Assembly: GCA_965217775.1 (NCBI GenBank) | Contig: CBDCJH010000002.1 | Coordinates: 1,440,001-1,504,000, forward strand | Source of the DNA: Acidobacteriota bacterium | Lineage (GTDB): Bacteria > Acidobacteriota > UBA6911 > RPQK01 > JAJDTT01 | Direction: 5' to 3' | Length of the DNA stretch: 64,000 bases | Shown here: in pieces, positions 9,126 through 19,150 of the stretch | How positions within the stretch are numbered: position 1 is the first letter of the stretch | Layout of the letters: each line of letters starts with the position of its first letter | Translations under genes and position numbers: made by a program | The notes under the pieces: generated by a model | The model's input: only the letters and a program-made list of their open reading frames with translations | Databases searched by the model: none | Told to the model about the DNA's origin: nothing

Positions 9126-10328
9126 TCAACCGAGGAACCGTTCCAGCCGGTCCAAGCCCTTCTGAATCACCTCCATGCCGGTGGCGAAGCTGAGCCGCAC
9201 ACAGTTGTCCAGGCCGAAAGCAGCACCGGGTACAACAGCGAGATGGGCTTCCCCCAGAAGCCGCGTGGTCCATTCGACCGAACCCGAAACCCCCAAGCGG
9301 GAGTACGTCGCCGAGACATCGGGAAACACATAGAAAGCACCGGCAGGTTCGGGACAGACCACGCCAGGAATGGCGTTGAGCCGGCCGTGCAGGACCTTGG
9401 CGCGCCGGGCGAACTCGGAACGCATCTCTTCGACGCAGTCCTGACTTCCGGTGAGAGCCGCAGCCATGGCATGCATGGTGAACGTCGCGGCGCCGCTGGT
9501 GGTCTGGGACTGGAGCTTCCCCATGTTGCGGATCACGTCCTGGGGACCTGCCACGTAGCCAATGCGCCATCCGGTCATGGAATAGCTCTTGGACATCGAG
9601 TTGAAGGTCAGGGTCCGTTCATAGGCGTGAGAGGACGTCGCGGCGAAGCTCTTGTAGGTCCGGCCGCCGTATAGAAGCCGATCGTAGATCTCGTCGCTGA
9701 TGATTGCCACGTCATCCCGTTCGGCCAGAACCTCGGCCAACGCGTCTGTCTCCTCGGGAGAGTAGACGGTCCCGCTGGGATTGCTCGGAGAGTTGAAGAT
9801 GAACGCCGCGGTTCGAGGCGTCAGCGCCTCCCGGAGCTGCTGCGGGGTGATCTTGAAATCGGCATCGACGGTCGCGCTCACGAACACGGGCACCCCGCCG
9901 GCGATCTTCACCTGTTCCGGATACGAAACCCAGTAGGGCGCGGGGATGATGACCTCGTCTCCAGGGTCCAGGAGGGTGGCGAAGGCGAGCCAGAGACCCT
10001 CCTTGCCGCCGACGGTGACCAGAATCTGGGAGGGAGAATACTTCAGCGAGTTCTCACGGCGAAGCTTCTCGGCGGCGGCGGCCTTGGCCTCGGGAACTCC
10101 CGACGCGGGTTTGGCGTACTTGGTTTCTCCCGCCTCGATGCAATCCAGAGCATGTTTTCGAATGTGAGCCGGCGTCGGAAAATCGGGTTCTCCCGCCCCC
10201 AGGCTCACCACGTCGACGCCGGCTCGCCGCAACTCGGCCGCCCGGTTGCTGACGGCGATGGTCGCCGACTCCTGAAGCTGCATGAGCCGCTGTGAAATCT
10301 TCAATCCCGTTTGCTCTTGAACACTCAT
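9126..10328 (-). CDS. aspC: PLP-dependent aminotransferase class I/II (aspartate aminotransferase-like)
   Basis: AGEPDF, NSPSNPSG, SDEIY, SKSYSMTGWRIGY. Confidence 0.85.
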   Translation of the reverse strand: MSVQEQTGLKISQRLMQLQESATIAVSNRAAELRRAGVDVVSLGAGEPDFPTPAHIRKHALDCIEAGETKYAKPASGVPEAKAAAAEKLRRENSLKYSPSQILVTVGGKEGLWLAFATLLDPGDEVIIPAPYWVSYPEQVKIAGGVPVFVSATVDADFKITPQQLREALTPRTAAFIFNSPSNPSGTVYSPEETDALAEVLAERDDVAIISDEIYDRLLYGGRTYKSFAATSSHAYERTLTFNSMSKSYSMTGWRIGYVAGPQDVIRNMGKLQSQTTSGAATFTMHAMAAALTGSQDCVEEMRSEFARRAKVLHGRLNAIPGVVCPEPAGAFYVFPDVSATYSRLGVSGSVEWTTRLLGEAHLAVVPGAAFGLDNCVRLSFATGMEVIQKGLDRLERFLG

Positions 10329-10459
10329 GGCCGGGAGTTTAGTCGGGGGGTCAGACACTGTCAATCGGACAGCCTGGACCATAATCGAGTCGGAAGCCGT
10401 TGACCCTCAAGGGGGCTTCTGTAAGGCTTCTAGGAGATGAAGACGACGGGGATTGGTGT

Positions 10460-11809
10460 ATGAAACCGTTGGCGGCGGCGTTGCTTCTGCTGGTGGGCCT
10501 TGCGACCGGTTGGGCCGTCGCCACTTGGGACTCGACGCCTCCCGAAGTTCTATGGATCGATCCGCCCGAGATAGTCGGACCCAAGACCGAGTTCCAGGTG
10601 GAGATCAGAGACAAAGGCCGGGGACTCAAGTCCCTGCGGCTCCTGCTGCGCCAGCAGCGAGGAGAACGGGTGGTGCACGAAGAGAGCTTCGACGAGGCCG
10701 GATTTCTCTGGACGGACGGGACTCTCCAGCGCCGGCTGGAGCTACTACCGTCAGAACTGGCCCCGCCTGACGAACTGGCGGAGGGCCAGTTCACACTGGA
10801 GATACAGGTTCAGGACCACGCGAGTCTGGGACTCTGGTCACGGGAAACAGTCGAGGAGCAGACCTTCCGGCTGGACCGCACCCCTCCTCGAATCGAAGTT
10901 CTCTCCAACCAGCACTATATCCGGCAGGGTGGATCCGCCGCCGTCCGATACAGATTGTCCGAACCGGTCCATTCCAGCGGAATCCAAGTGGGGGACCGGA
11001 TCTACGCGGGGTACCCCGTCCCCTCCAAAGAAGAAGGCGTCTACATCTGTCTTTTCGCCCTGGGACACGATCAGAACAGAGATACCCCCATGACGGTATG
11101 GGCCCAGGACGCAGCCGGTAACCGAGGCCGAGAAAACTTTTGGAAAAAAGTATTTCCGGGACGTTTCCGAACGCGAAACATCAATATACCGGACCGCTTC
11201 ATAGAGCGGGTTCTGCCCCCCATCGTGGAGCGCAGCGACCAGGTCCGCGCAACCTCCGATCCACTGGAGACGTTCCTCGAAGTGAACGGATCCTTGCGCC
11301 GGGTCAACAACCGGCAGATTGCCGAAATGGCGGCCCAGACCGCCGCGACTCCCCTCTGGACCGAGGAGTTTCTGCAGTTGAGCAATTCCCAAGTTGAGTC
11401 CTCCTTCGCCGATTTCCGCACCTACCTTTACCGGGGGAAGAAGGTCGATGAGCAGACCCATCTGGGATTCGACCTCGCTTCACTGGCCCAGGCCCCCGTG
11501 GAGTGTTCCAACGACGGTGTCGTCATCTTTGCCGATTATCTGGGGATCTACGGCAACACCGTGGTCGTGGATCACGGACTTGGCCTCCAGTCGCTGTATG
11601 CTCACCTGAGCCGCTTCGACGTGAAGGTGGGAGAAGAAGTCCGGAAAGGGCAATCACTGGGGCGCACCGGTCAGACCGGCTTGGCAGGTGGAGACCACCT
11701 GCACTTCACCATGGTCCTCCACGGCACCCAGGTCAACCCCATCGAGTGGTGGGACCCCGCCTGGGTCCGAAAACGAGTCCTATCGAGGTTGGAAACTCCG
11801 GGGGAATGA
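10460..11809 (+). CDS. M23 family metallopeptidase
   Basis: HLGFD, YGNTVVVDHG, YAHL, GDHLHF zinc-binding motifs; N-terminal TM/signal. Confidence 0.9.
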   Translation: MKPLAAALLLLVGLATGWAVATWDSTPPEVLWIDPPEIVGPKTEFQVEIRDKGRGLKSLRLLLRQQRGERVVHEESFDEAGFLWTDGTLQRRLELLPSELAPPDELAEGQFTLEIQVQDHASLGLWSRETVEEQTFRLDRTPPRIEVLSNQHYIRQGGSAAVRYRLSEPVHSSGIQVGDRIYAGYPVPSKEEGVYICLFALGHDQNRDTPMTVWAQDAAGNRGRENFWKKVFPGRFRTRNINIPDRFIERVLPPIVERSDQVRATSDPLETFLEVNGSLRRVNNRQIAEMAAQTAATPLWTEEFLQLSNSQVESSFADFRTYLYRGKKVDEQTHLGFDLASLAQAPVECSNDGVVIFADYLGIYGNTVVVDHGLGLQSLYAHLSRFDVKVGEEVRKGQSLGRTGQTGLAGGDHLHFTMVLHGTQVNPIEWWDPAWVRKRVLSRLETPGE

Positions 11810-11813
11810 GACA

Positions 11814-11979
11814 GGAGGGGCGATTTCCAATCGCCCACCGGGAGGGGCGATTTCCAGTCGCCCTGTCTTCCCGGGATCGGTGAATGATAGTTGTCCGCTT
11901 CTTAGTCGGCGGAAGAAAAGCGCAAAGTGGGACTCCGTCCCCCCTTGCCCCCCAATCGGCGATTGGAAATCGCCGCTCC
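11814..11979. repeat. REP/REPIN-like cluster between convergent genes
   Basis: Two direct copies of GGAGGGGCGATTTCCA(A/G)TCGCCC plus an inverted copy GGCGATTGGAAATCGCCGCTCC ~100 bp later. Confidence 0.7.
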
Positions 11980-11985
11980 GCTCTC

Positions 11986-12930
11986 CTACTCGGCGTAAAC
12001 CGGGTGGCTCAGATAGCGTTCGCCCAGGTCGCAGACCATGGTGACGACCCGGGCGCCTTTCCCCAGCCTACGCGCGATCTGGAGCGCGGCCCAGCAGTTG
12101 GACCCGGATGAGATGCCCGCGAAGATGCCTTCTTTCCGAGCCAGATTCCGGGTGACCCGGCGGGCGTCCTCTACCTGGACGTGGACGATCTCGTCGATGA
12201 CGCTGCGATTCAGGACCGATGGGACGAAACCCGCTCCGATCCCCTGAATCTCGTGGGGCCCCGGCTCTCCTCCCGCCAGCACCGGCGACTCGGCTGGTTC
12301 AACGGCAACGATCAGGACGTCTCCCAATTCCTGTTTCAGGATCTCACCCACACCGGTGATGGTGCCCCCCGTTCCTACGCCGGCCACGAACGCATCCAAT
12401 CGTCCGTCCGTTGCCTCCAGGATCTCCAGGGCCGTGGTCTGACGGTGAACCCGGGGATTGGCCGGATTGTTGAACTGCTGCGGCATGTAGGCGTCGGGAA
12501 GCCGATTCACCAGTTCTTCCGCCTTGTCGATGGCGGCGGTCATTCCGCGGATCTCGGGGGTCAGGACCAGTTCCGCGCCCATGGCCTGAAGGACGCGCCT
12601 GCGTTCCATGGACATGGTATCGGGCATGGTCAGGATCAGGCGGTACCCCATGACGGCCGCCGCCATGGCCAGACCGATGCCGGTGTTCCCGCTGGTGGGC
12701 TCGACGATGACCGTCTTTCCCGGGTGGATCCTGCCCTCGTCCTGCGCCTGTTTCAGCATGGCGTAGGCGATCCTGTCCTTGACGCTGAAGGAGGGGTTCA
12801 GGGACTCCAACTTCAGCAGGACCTCGGCCGATCCGGGACGGGTCAGGCGCTGAACCCGGACCAACGGCGTGTTGCCGATCAGCTCCAGGATGTTGTTTGC
12901 CAGTAGAGGGCGATGGTGGGGCATGGGCAA
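11986..12930 (-). CDS. cysK: Cysteine synthase A
   Basis: IGNTPLV, NPSFSVKDR, EPTSGNTGIG, GVGTGGT, HEIQGIGAG, DLGERYLS. Confidence 0.92.
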   Translation of the reverse strand: MPMPHHRPLLANNILELIGNTPLVRVQRLTRPGSAEVLLKLESLNPSFSVKDRIAYAMLKQAQDEGRIHPGKTVIVEPTSGNTGIGLAMAAAVMGYRLILTMPDTMSMERRRVLQAMGAELVLTPEIRGMTAAIDKAEELVNRLPDAYMPQQFNNPANPRVHRQTTALEILEATDGRLDAFVAGVGTGGTITGVGEILKQELGDVLIVAVEPAESPVLAGGEPGPHEIQGIGAGFVPSVLNRSVIDEIVHVQVEDARRVTRNLARKEGIFAGISSGSNCWAALQIARRLGKGARVVTMVCDLGERYLSHPVYAE

Positions 12931-12963
12931 AGTTGGATGACGGCCAACCGGACAGCCCCGACG

Positions 12964-14385
12964 TCAGGCCAGGATTTCGTGGACTACGCGGCCGTGGACG
13001 TCGGTCAGACTCTCGTCGCGGCCCCCGAAACGATAGACCAGGCGCTCATGGTCCAGCCCCAGCAGATGCAGGATGGTGGCGTGCAGGTCGTGGACGGTGG
13101 TCTTGTTCTCCACCACGGTCTTGCCGATCTCGTCGGTCCGGCCGTACAGCGTCCCGCCCTTGACTCCCCCTCCGGCCATCCAGATGGTGAACGCCGTCTC
13201 CAGATGGTCGCGCCCGTCTCCGTTTCCGGTGTCCGGCGTGCGGCCGAACTCGGTGCCCCAGATGACCAGCGTCTCTTCCAGCATTCCTCTGGACTTGAGG
13301 TCCTTGATCAGGGCGGCCACCGCCTGATCCGCCACCAGGGCGTTCCCCTCGTGTCCCTTCTTCAGGATCGTGTGCTGGTCCCAGGTGCCGTTCGTGGCTC
13401 CGAACAGGACGGGTGGAGTCACCTCGACGAATCGGACGCCGGACTCGATCAGGCGCCGCGCCCGCAGGCATTGCAGTGCATAGTTCCGCTGGTCCTTATT
13501 GGACGTGTCCAGCCCGTAGAGCCGCTTGGTGGCTTCGGTCTCGCGAGACAGGTCCAGCACATCGGGGACCAGCGACTGCATCCGGTAGGCCATTTCGTAG
13601 TTGCGGATGGCCGACTCGATGGCGTCGTTTCTTCCGGCTTCGGCCAGAAACTCCCGATCCTGGTCCAGCAGTGCCGACAATTTGGTGTTCTGGATGGCGC
13701 TCTCGTCCGCCGGGACCAGGTTTTCGATCGGCGTCCCCTCCGCCTTCACCGGCAACGCCTGGTGGGTTGCGGGGAGGAAACCATTGGAGAAGTTCTCCAA
13801 TCCTCCCGGCGGGATCGACGTGCTCTCCGGATGGAGCAGGACATACCCGGGCAGGTTCTTGTTCTCGCTTCCCAGGGCGTAGGTGATCCAGGATCCCAGG
13901 CTGGGGTAACCCCCGACGTTGCGGCCCGTGTGGAACAAAATGTTGCCGCGCGGGTGCAGTGGGAAGTTGGAGACCATGGAACGAACGATCGCAAGGTCGT
14001 CCACGCAGGTGGCGATGTGCGGGAAGAGCTCACTGACCGCGAAACCCGCCTGGCCGTATTTCTTGAAGGTCCAGGGACAGCCCTGATAGGTGCGGATCCC
14101 GTCTCCCGAGAGCTGGCCGTGCAACTCGTTGAGCTTGGGTTTGGGATCGAAGGTGTCCATGTGGGAGACGCCGCCCGGCATGAAGCAGAGGATGACGTTC
14201 TTGACCTTGGGTCGAAAATGCGTGGGTGGCGTCGGAACCAGGCCCGCGTAGGCGTCTTCAGCCATGAGGGCGGACAGGGCGGTCAGTCCAAACCCGTTGG
14301 CGCTCAGCGAAAGCATCTGGCGTCGACTGAGCGGAGCGCCGATGCAACCCGGACACCCGTCTTGTTCCTTGATTCGCTGGGTCAT
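12964..14385 (-). CDS. DUF1501 domain protein (Tat signal)
   Basis: [40 protein letters not shown]. Confidence 0.9.
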   Translation of the reverse strand: MTQRIKEQDGCPGCIGAPLSRRQMLSLSANGFGLTALSALMAEDAYAGLVPTPPTHFRPKVKNVILCFMPGGVSHMDTFDPKPKLNELHGQLSGDGIRTYQGCPWTFKKYGQAGFAVSELFPHIATCVDDLAIVRSMVSNFPLHPRGNILFHTGRNVGGYPSLGSWITYALGSENKNLPGYVLLHPESTSIPPGGLENFSNGFLPATHQALPVKAEGTPIENLVPADESAIQNTKLSALLDQDREFLAEAGRNDAIESAIRNYEMAYRMQSLVPDVLDLSRETEATKRLYGLDTSNKDQRNYALQCLRARRLIESGVRFVEVTPPVLFGATNGTWDQHTILKKGHEGNALVADQAVAALIKDLKSRGMLEETLVIWGTEFGRTPDTGNGDGRDHLETAFTIWMAGGGVKGGTLYGRTDEIGKTVVENKTTVHDLHATILHLLGLDHERLVYRFGGRDESLTDVHGRVVHEILA

Positions 14386-14389
14386 GACA

Positions 14390-17300
14390 TCACCTCAGAT
14401 AGATGAATTCCTTGGTGTTGAAGAGACTGTGGGCCACGTCCTTCCAGATCTCTTTGCTGGCCAGGATATGCTCTTGCGGGACTTGATACAAGCGTCCCAG
14501 CTTCCGGGTCAGGTCGCCAAACCGGGCCACCTCGTCGGGGCTCGGGGGCCGAGCGAACGCCCGGTTGAACATACGCCCCAAGCGCTCCCGGAGCGTCTCC
14601 CCCTCCCGTTCCAGCAGCCGGTCCGCCCAGTAGTCCGCCTGTTGGATCACGAAGGGGTCGTTGAGCATGGCCAGTGCTTGGGAGGGGACGTTGGTCACGT
14701 CCCGGCGCCCTCGGGAAACGGAGGGGACGGGGAAATCGAAAAGCTCCAGGAAACGGGCGCCCTCCATGCGGGTCACGCGCAGGTAGACACTCCGGCGCCC
14801 GTGGCCGTCCAATGGACCCGCGTGAAGCTTCCGGTATTCCTTGGTCTTCAGCCGATAGGGTTCGACGCTGGGACCGTAACGCAACGGATCGAGACGGCCC
14901 GAAGTGGCCAGGATCGAGTCGCGGATGGCTTCGGCCTCCAGCCGCCGGACCGGGTAGTGGTGCAGAAGCCGGTTCTCCGGGTCGATCCGGGAGGCTTCCT
15001 CGGTGGTTCGGCTCGACTGCTGGAAGGCTCGAGTGAGAACCAGCCGCCGGACCAGCCGCTTCAGGGACCAGCCGTCGGCGATGAACTGCCGGGCCAGATG
15101 GTCCAGAAGCAGGCCGTGGGAGGGTCTCTCGCCGAAGTTGCCGAAGTCGTTGATGGTGCCCACCAGACCTCGGCCGAAGAGGTAGTTCCAGACCCGGTTC
15201 ACCATGACCCGGGCGGTGAGGGGGTTTCGGGGGGAGGCAATGAGCTCCGCCAACTCCTGCCGGCCGCTGCCGTTGGTCTCCAGGGGCTGGCCGCCGGTGA
15301 GCACGGTCAGGTAGCGGCGAGGCACGGGATCGCCCGGCTTCTTGGCGTCTCCGTTCTGCAGCAGCGAATAGTCCCGTCCCGTCCCCATGTCCAGCAACGA
15401 GTTGATGGTCTGGGGCCGCGAGAGCCCGGATTCGATGGCTCTGTACTCGGAAATCAGTGCCGACAGCTTGGGAGTGAGATCGATGGAATTGTCCACGAGA
15501 TGGTTGGTGACGAGCCAGTGGACCCAGCGGACGTCGTTCTCGGTGGGCCTTCCCTGGGACCAGGCCTCCATGGCCTGACGGCTCCGCTCGGCATAACGCC
15601 GGGAGGCTTCCCGGGGATTTTGGGGCGCCGGGTCCCGAAACAAGGGCAACAAATGGGAAAGGTCGTTGTGAGGAGGATCATCCACGTCGTGGAGCATCGC
15701 CCGGGCGATGCCGAAATAGGATCCGGGCGCTTCCATCTTCTCCTCGGTGAAGCCCTTGATTCTCTTGGGCCGATCCGGGAGCCGTGGGTTGTTGGTCTTG
15801 GTGACCAACTCGACGTAGACGGCGTATCGCTCTTTGTCCTGAAGAGTCGAAACCTTCTGCCAGTTGAGATCGGAGCTGTCGAAGACTTCGATGCCCTCGC
15901 CCAGCATGCAGTTGTCCACGACCGCCCGGCGCCCTCCCAGCATTCCTCCCATGACCTGAAGGCTGAGAAACTTCTTTTCCTTGGTCAGGTAGGGGGAGCG
16001 GAGAGCCCCGTTGAGCCGTTCCGAAAGGGCGTGGGTGTAGATTCCCGCGGGATAGACACCGTTGACCGCCACCGGCCCCTCACGAGCCAGAGTGAATTCT
16101 CCGGACTGCGACCGGCCTTCGAGCAGTCCCACACCTTCGGGGTACCAGTCGCTCAGTGGAAGTGAAGTGAAGTTCTCCTGGTTGTATGCCTGGCGTTCCC
16201 GGATCTCTTTCAAGTGTTCCGGCGCCGCTTGCTCCCACAGTTCCCGGAATCGTTCCGGCCCCAGACCCACCTCGCAGGTGACCGTCGACCAGGGATAGAG
16301 GAAGCTCTCGGGGTCGACGCTCTCCTTCTGGAGCGCCTGGACCCACCGTTCCAAGCGTTGGGACCGGAGGCTTGGGCCGGCATCCGCCGCCCTTGGATCG
16401 ACCGGGGCCTGTGCGGCCAGGAGATAAGCCGGAATCTCTTCAACCTGTGTCAACCAGGCGGCGGCCAGTTCCGAACGAATCTGCGGCTTGAGGGCCCGCA
16501 ATCGCTGCATCAGGGGAGACTGGGATCCACCCGTGTCCAGGGTGCCGGTGACCGGCCGGGCACTGTTCAGAATTCCGTACAGGGCATAGTAGTCCTCGAT
16601 GGGAATAGGATCCAGCTTGTGATCGTGGCAGCGGGCGCAGGCGACGGAAAGCCCCTGGAAGGCCCGGGTGAGGGTGTCGATCTGGTCGTCCACCACATCG
16701 GTGCGAATTTCGCGGAACTCGATGCAGTCGTCGTGCCCCATCTCGCCCATGAGAAGGAATGCGGAACCGGTGGCCGACTCGTTGATGCCCAGCGGGACGT
16801 TGACTCGGGGACTCTCCAGCAGGTCGCCGGCGATATGTTCCCGGATCAGGTGATCGTAGGGAACGTCCTGGTTGAAGGCGCGGATCAGATAGTCCCGGTA
16901 GCGCCAGGCTCCCTTGACGATGTAGTTCCACTCGTAACCGTAGGTCTCGGCGAAACGCACCACGTCCATCCAGTGACGGGCCCAGTGTTCACCGAAATGG
17001 GGAGAATCCAGGAGGCGGTCCACGAAGTTGGCGTAGGCCTGCCCGGACGGATCCCGGAGCAACTCGTCCACACTGGCCGGATCCGGCGGCAGTCCCACAA
17101 CCGAAAAACTGAGGCGCCGGGCCAGGGTGCGGACATCGGTCCGCTCCGCCGGCTCCAACCCCTCCCTGCGGAGCGCCGCGAGGAGGAAGCGATCGACCGG
17201 GGTTCGAGACCAACTCTCATGATTCACCTGGGGTGGATCGGGATCGGCAACCGGCTGGAAGGCCCAGTGCTCCCGGGTCAGACGGGCGTAAAAATCGGGC

Positions 17301-17815
17301 TCTTCCGTGAGGTCCGGGCCTGCGGGCCACGGAGCCCCCATTTGGACCCAGCTCTCCAGATGATCGATCTCGGTGTCGGCCAGCATGCGGCCCAGAGGCA
17401 TCTTCAGATCCTGGTGCCGGACGGCCTGGATGATCAGGCTTTGGTCCGGGTCGCCGGGAACCAGTGCGGACCCTCGAAGGCCGCCTTTCAGGAGGGCCTC
17501 ACGAGAATCGACTCTGAGGGAGGAGAGCTGCTGCTCGGCGCCATGGCAGGAGTAACAGTTTTCGACCAACAGTGGGCGAACCTTCGTTTCGAAGAAGTCC
17601 ATGGCCTCGCGGTCGACTTTGGCGGCGGGTGGCGCCGAGAGAAGGAGCCGGCCACCGGAAAGGACCAGGAAGGGCAATAGAAGGAGACCAGCCGACAGGC
17701 TGCGCCTGACGTTCGGAGTCGCGATGGTACAGCGAAAAAGCACGTTCCTACCCGTGCCCAAACGATAGCATATCTTCCTGTCTTTGATGCACTTTTCTGA
17801 CGTTGGGTCAGTCAC
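14390..17815 (-). CDS. PSD1/planctomycete cytochrome c, DUF1549/DUF1553 protein
   Basis: CYSCH, FGEHWARHWMD, CARCHDHK, NPLTARVMVNRVW, RRLEAEAIRD; start codon uncertain. Confidence 0.9.
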   Translation of the reverse strand: MTDPTSEKCIKDRKICYRLGTGRNVLFRCTIATPNVRRSLSAGLLLLPFLVLSGGRLLLSAPPAAKVDREAMDFFETKVRPLLVENCYSCHGAEQQLSSLRVDSREALLKGGLRGSALVPGDPDQSLIIQAVRHQDLKMPLGRMLADTEIDHLESWVQMGAPWPAGPDLTEEPDFYARLTREHWAFQPVADPDPPQVNHESWSRTPVDRFLLAALRREGLEPAERTDVRTLARRLSFSVVGLPPDPASVDELLRDPSGQAYANFVDRLLDSPHFGEHWARHWMDVVRFAETYGYEWNYIVKGAWRYRDYLIRAFNQDVPYDHLIREHIAGDLLESPRVNVPLGINESATGSAFLLMGEMGHDDCIEFREIRTDVVDDQIDTLTRAFQGLSVACARCHDHKLDPIPIEDYYALYGILNSARPVTGTLDTGGSQSPLMQRLRALKPQIRSELAAAWLTQVEEIPAYLLAAQAPVDPRAADAGPSLRSQRLERWVQALQKESVDPESFLYPWSTVTCEVGLGPERFRELWEQAAPEHLKEIRERQAYNQENFTSLPLSDWYPEGVGLLEGRSQSGEFTLAREGPVAVNGVYPAGIYTHALSERLNGALRSPYLTKEKKFLSLQVMGGMLGGRRAVVDNCMLGEGIEVFDSSDLNWQKVSTLQDKERYAVYVELVTKTNNPRLPDRPKRIKGFTEEKMEAPGSYFGIARAMLHDVDDPPHNDLSHLLPLFRDPAPQNPREASRRYAERSRQAMEAWSQGRPTENDVRWVHWLVTNHLVDNSIDLTPKLSALISEYRAIESGLSRPQTINSLLDMGTGRDYSLLQNGDAKKPGDPVPRRYLTVLTGGQPLETNGSGRQELAELIASPRNPLTARVMVNRVWNYLFGRGLVGTINDFGNFGERPSHGLLLDHLARQFIADGWSLKRLVRRLVLTRAFQQSSRTTEEASRIDPENRLLHHYPVRRLEAEAIRDSILATSGRLDPLRYGPSVEPYRLKTKEYRKLHAGPLDGHGRRSVYLRVTRMEGARFLELFDFPVPSVSRGRRDVTNVPSQALAMLNDPFVIQQADYWADRLLEREGETLRERLGRMFNRAFARPPSPDEVARFGDLTRKLGRLYQVPQEHILASKEIWKDVAHSLFNTKEFIYLR

Positions 17816-17934
17816 TTACACGGGATCTCGGCACTACTGATTTGCGCTGTCGCTGGTGTTCGGTTAGGGTCTCGATACTGTCTGGCCGAACCATTTGGGA
17901 AGGGATTTTGTCGGGGACTTGCGGGGAGGGAAGT

Positions 17935-19137
17935 ATGAATGCCATCAAGGGCGGATGTTGCTCAGTGATCGCACGTGTATTCTTTCTGGCGGTCCTTGCC
18001 GGGACCCTTTCCTGCGGCCCCCCGACGGATGGATCGAAGGAAAACATGGAGTCTGAAAAACTCTTCTCCCCCAACCTATCTTCTGCAGACTTCGGAACCA
18101 CACCTGAAGGCGAGACCGTCCGGATCCATACCCTGACGAATTCTGCCGGCCTCGAGGTCCGAGTCATCACCTACGGCGGCATCATCGTCTCGCTCCGGAC
18201 CCCGGACCGGGACGGCAATTTCGACGACATCGTCCTGGGATTCGACTCATTGGAAGGCTATCTCGCCAAGCATCCCTATTTCGGCACCCTGGTGGGACGC
18301 TATGCCAACCGCATTTCCAACGGCCGTTTCACACTGGACGGGGTCGAGTACAAATTGGCCCGGAACAACGGCGACAACCACATCCACGGAGGGATCAAGG
18401 GATTCGACAAGGTGGTCTGGCGGGACCGGCCGTTGGAGGACGATAACGGAGTCGGCATCGTCCTCGAGTACACGAGCGCGGACGGAGAGGAAGGGTACCC
18501 CGGCAAGCTGGACGTCCAGGTGACCTACACCCTGAACGGAAACAACGAACTGGTCTGCGACTATCGCGCCACCACGGATCGAGCCACGCCCATCAACCTG
18601 ACCCAACATTCGTACTTCAACCTGGCGGGGCAGGGGACGGGAAACGTTCTGAGGCATATCCTGGAGTTGAACGCTGCGGCATTCACTCCCAACGACGCCG
18701 AACTCATCCCTACGGGCGAGATCCGGCCGGTGGAAGGGACGCCTTTCGACTTCAGGACGGAGATGCCCATCGGAGCGCGAATCAATTCCCAAGATGAACA
18801 AATCCAACTGGGCGGCGGGTACGACCACAATTTCGTCGTGAACCAAACGGGCGAAGGTCCGTCTCTGGCGGCGAGAGTTCGAGAACCGATGTCGGGACGC
18901 GTCATGGAAGTGCACACGACGGAGCCCGGAGTCCAGCTCTATACCGGCAACTTCCTGGACGGGACTCTGACCGGCAAGGGTGGACGCGTCTACCAGCACC
19001 GCTTCGGCTTCTGCCTGGAAACCCAGCACTACCCGGATTCACCCAACCGGCCCGAGTTCCCCTCGACGATCCTGAGGCCGAGTGAGACCTACGAATCCCG
19101 GACCGTATTCAAATTCCCCGACGTCCGGGGAACCTGA
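17935..19137 (+). CDS. galM: Aldose 1-epimerase (galactose mutarotase), probable lipoprotein
   Basis: GRYANRI, HGG.KGFD, NLTQHSYFNL, GYDHNF, FCLETQHYPD; N-terminal LAGTLSC. Confidence 0.9.
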   Translation: MNAIKGGCCSVIARVFFLAVLAGTLSCGPPTDGSKENMESEKLFSPNLSSADFGTTPEGETVRIHTLTNSAGLEVRVITYGGIIVSLRTPDRDGNFDDIVLGFDSLEGYLAKHPYFGTLVGRYANRISNGRFTLDGVEYKLARNNGDNHIHGGIKGFDKVVWRDRPLEDDNGVGIVLEYTSADGEEGYPGKLDVQVTYTLNGNNELVCDYRATTDRATPINLTQHSYFNLAGQGTGNVLRHILELNAAAFTPNDAELIPTGEIRPVEGTPFDFRTEMPIGARINSQDEQIQLGGGYDHNFVVNQTGEGPSLAARVREPMSGRVMEVHTTEPGVQLYTGNFLDGTLTGKGGRVYQHRFGFCLETQHYPDSPNRPEFPSTILRPSETYESRTVFKFPDVRGT

Positions 19138-19150
19138 TTCGTCGCCGCTC

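Noticed and set aside
11814-11863. Direct repeats as a possible mini-CRISPR array
   Set aside because: Only two copies with a few bases between them, an inverted third copy and no cas genes; fits REP elements.
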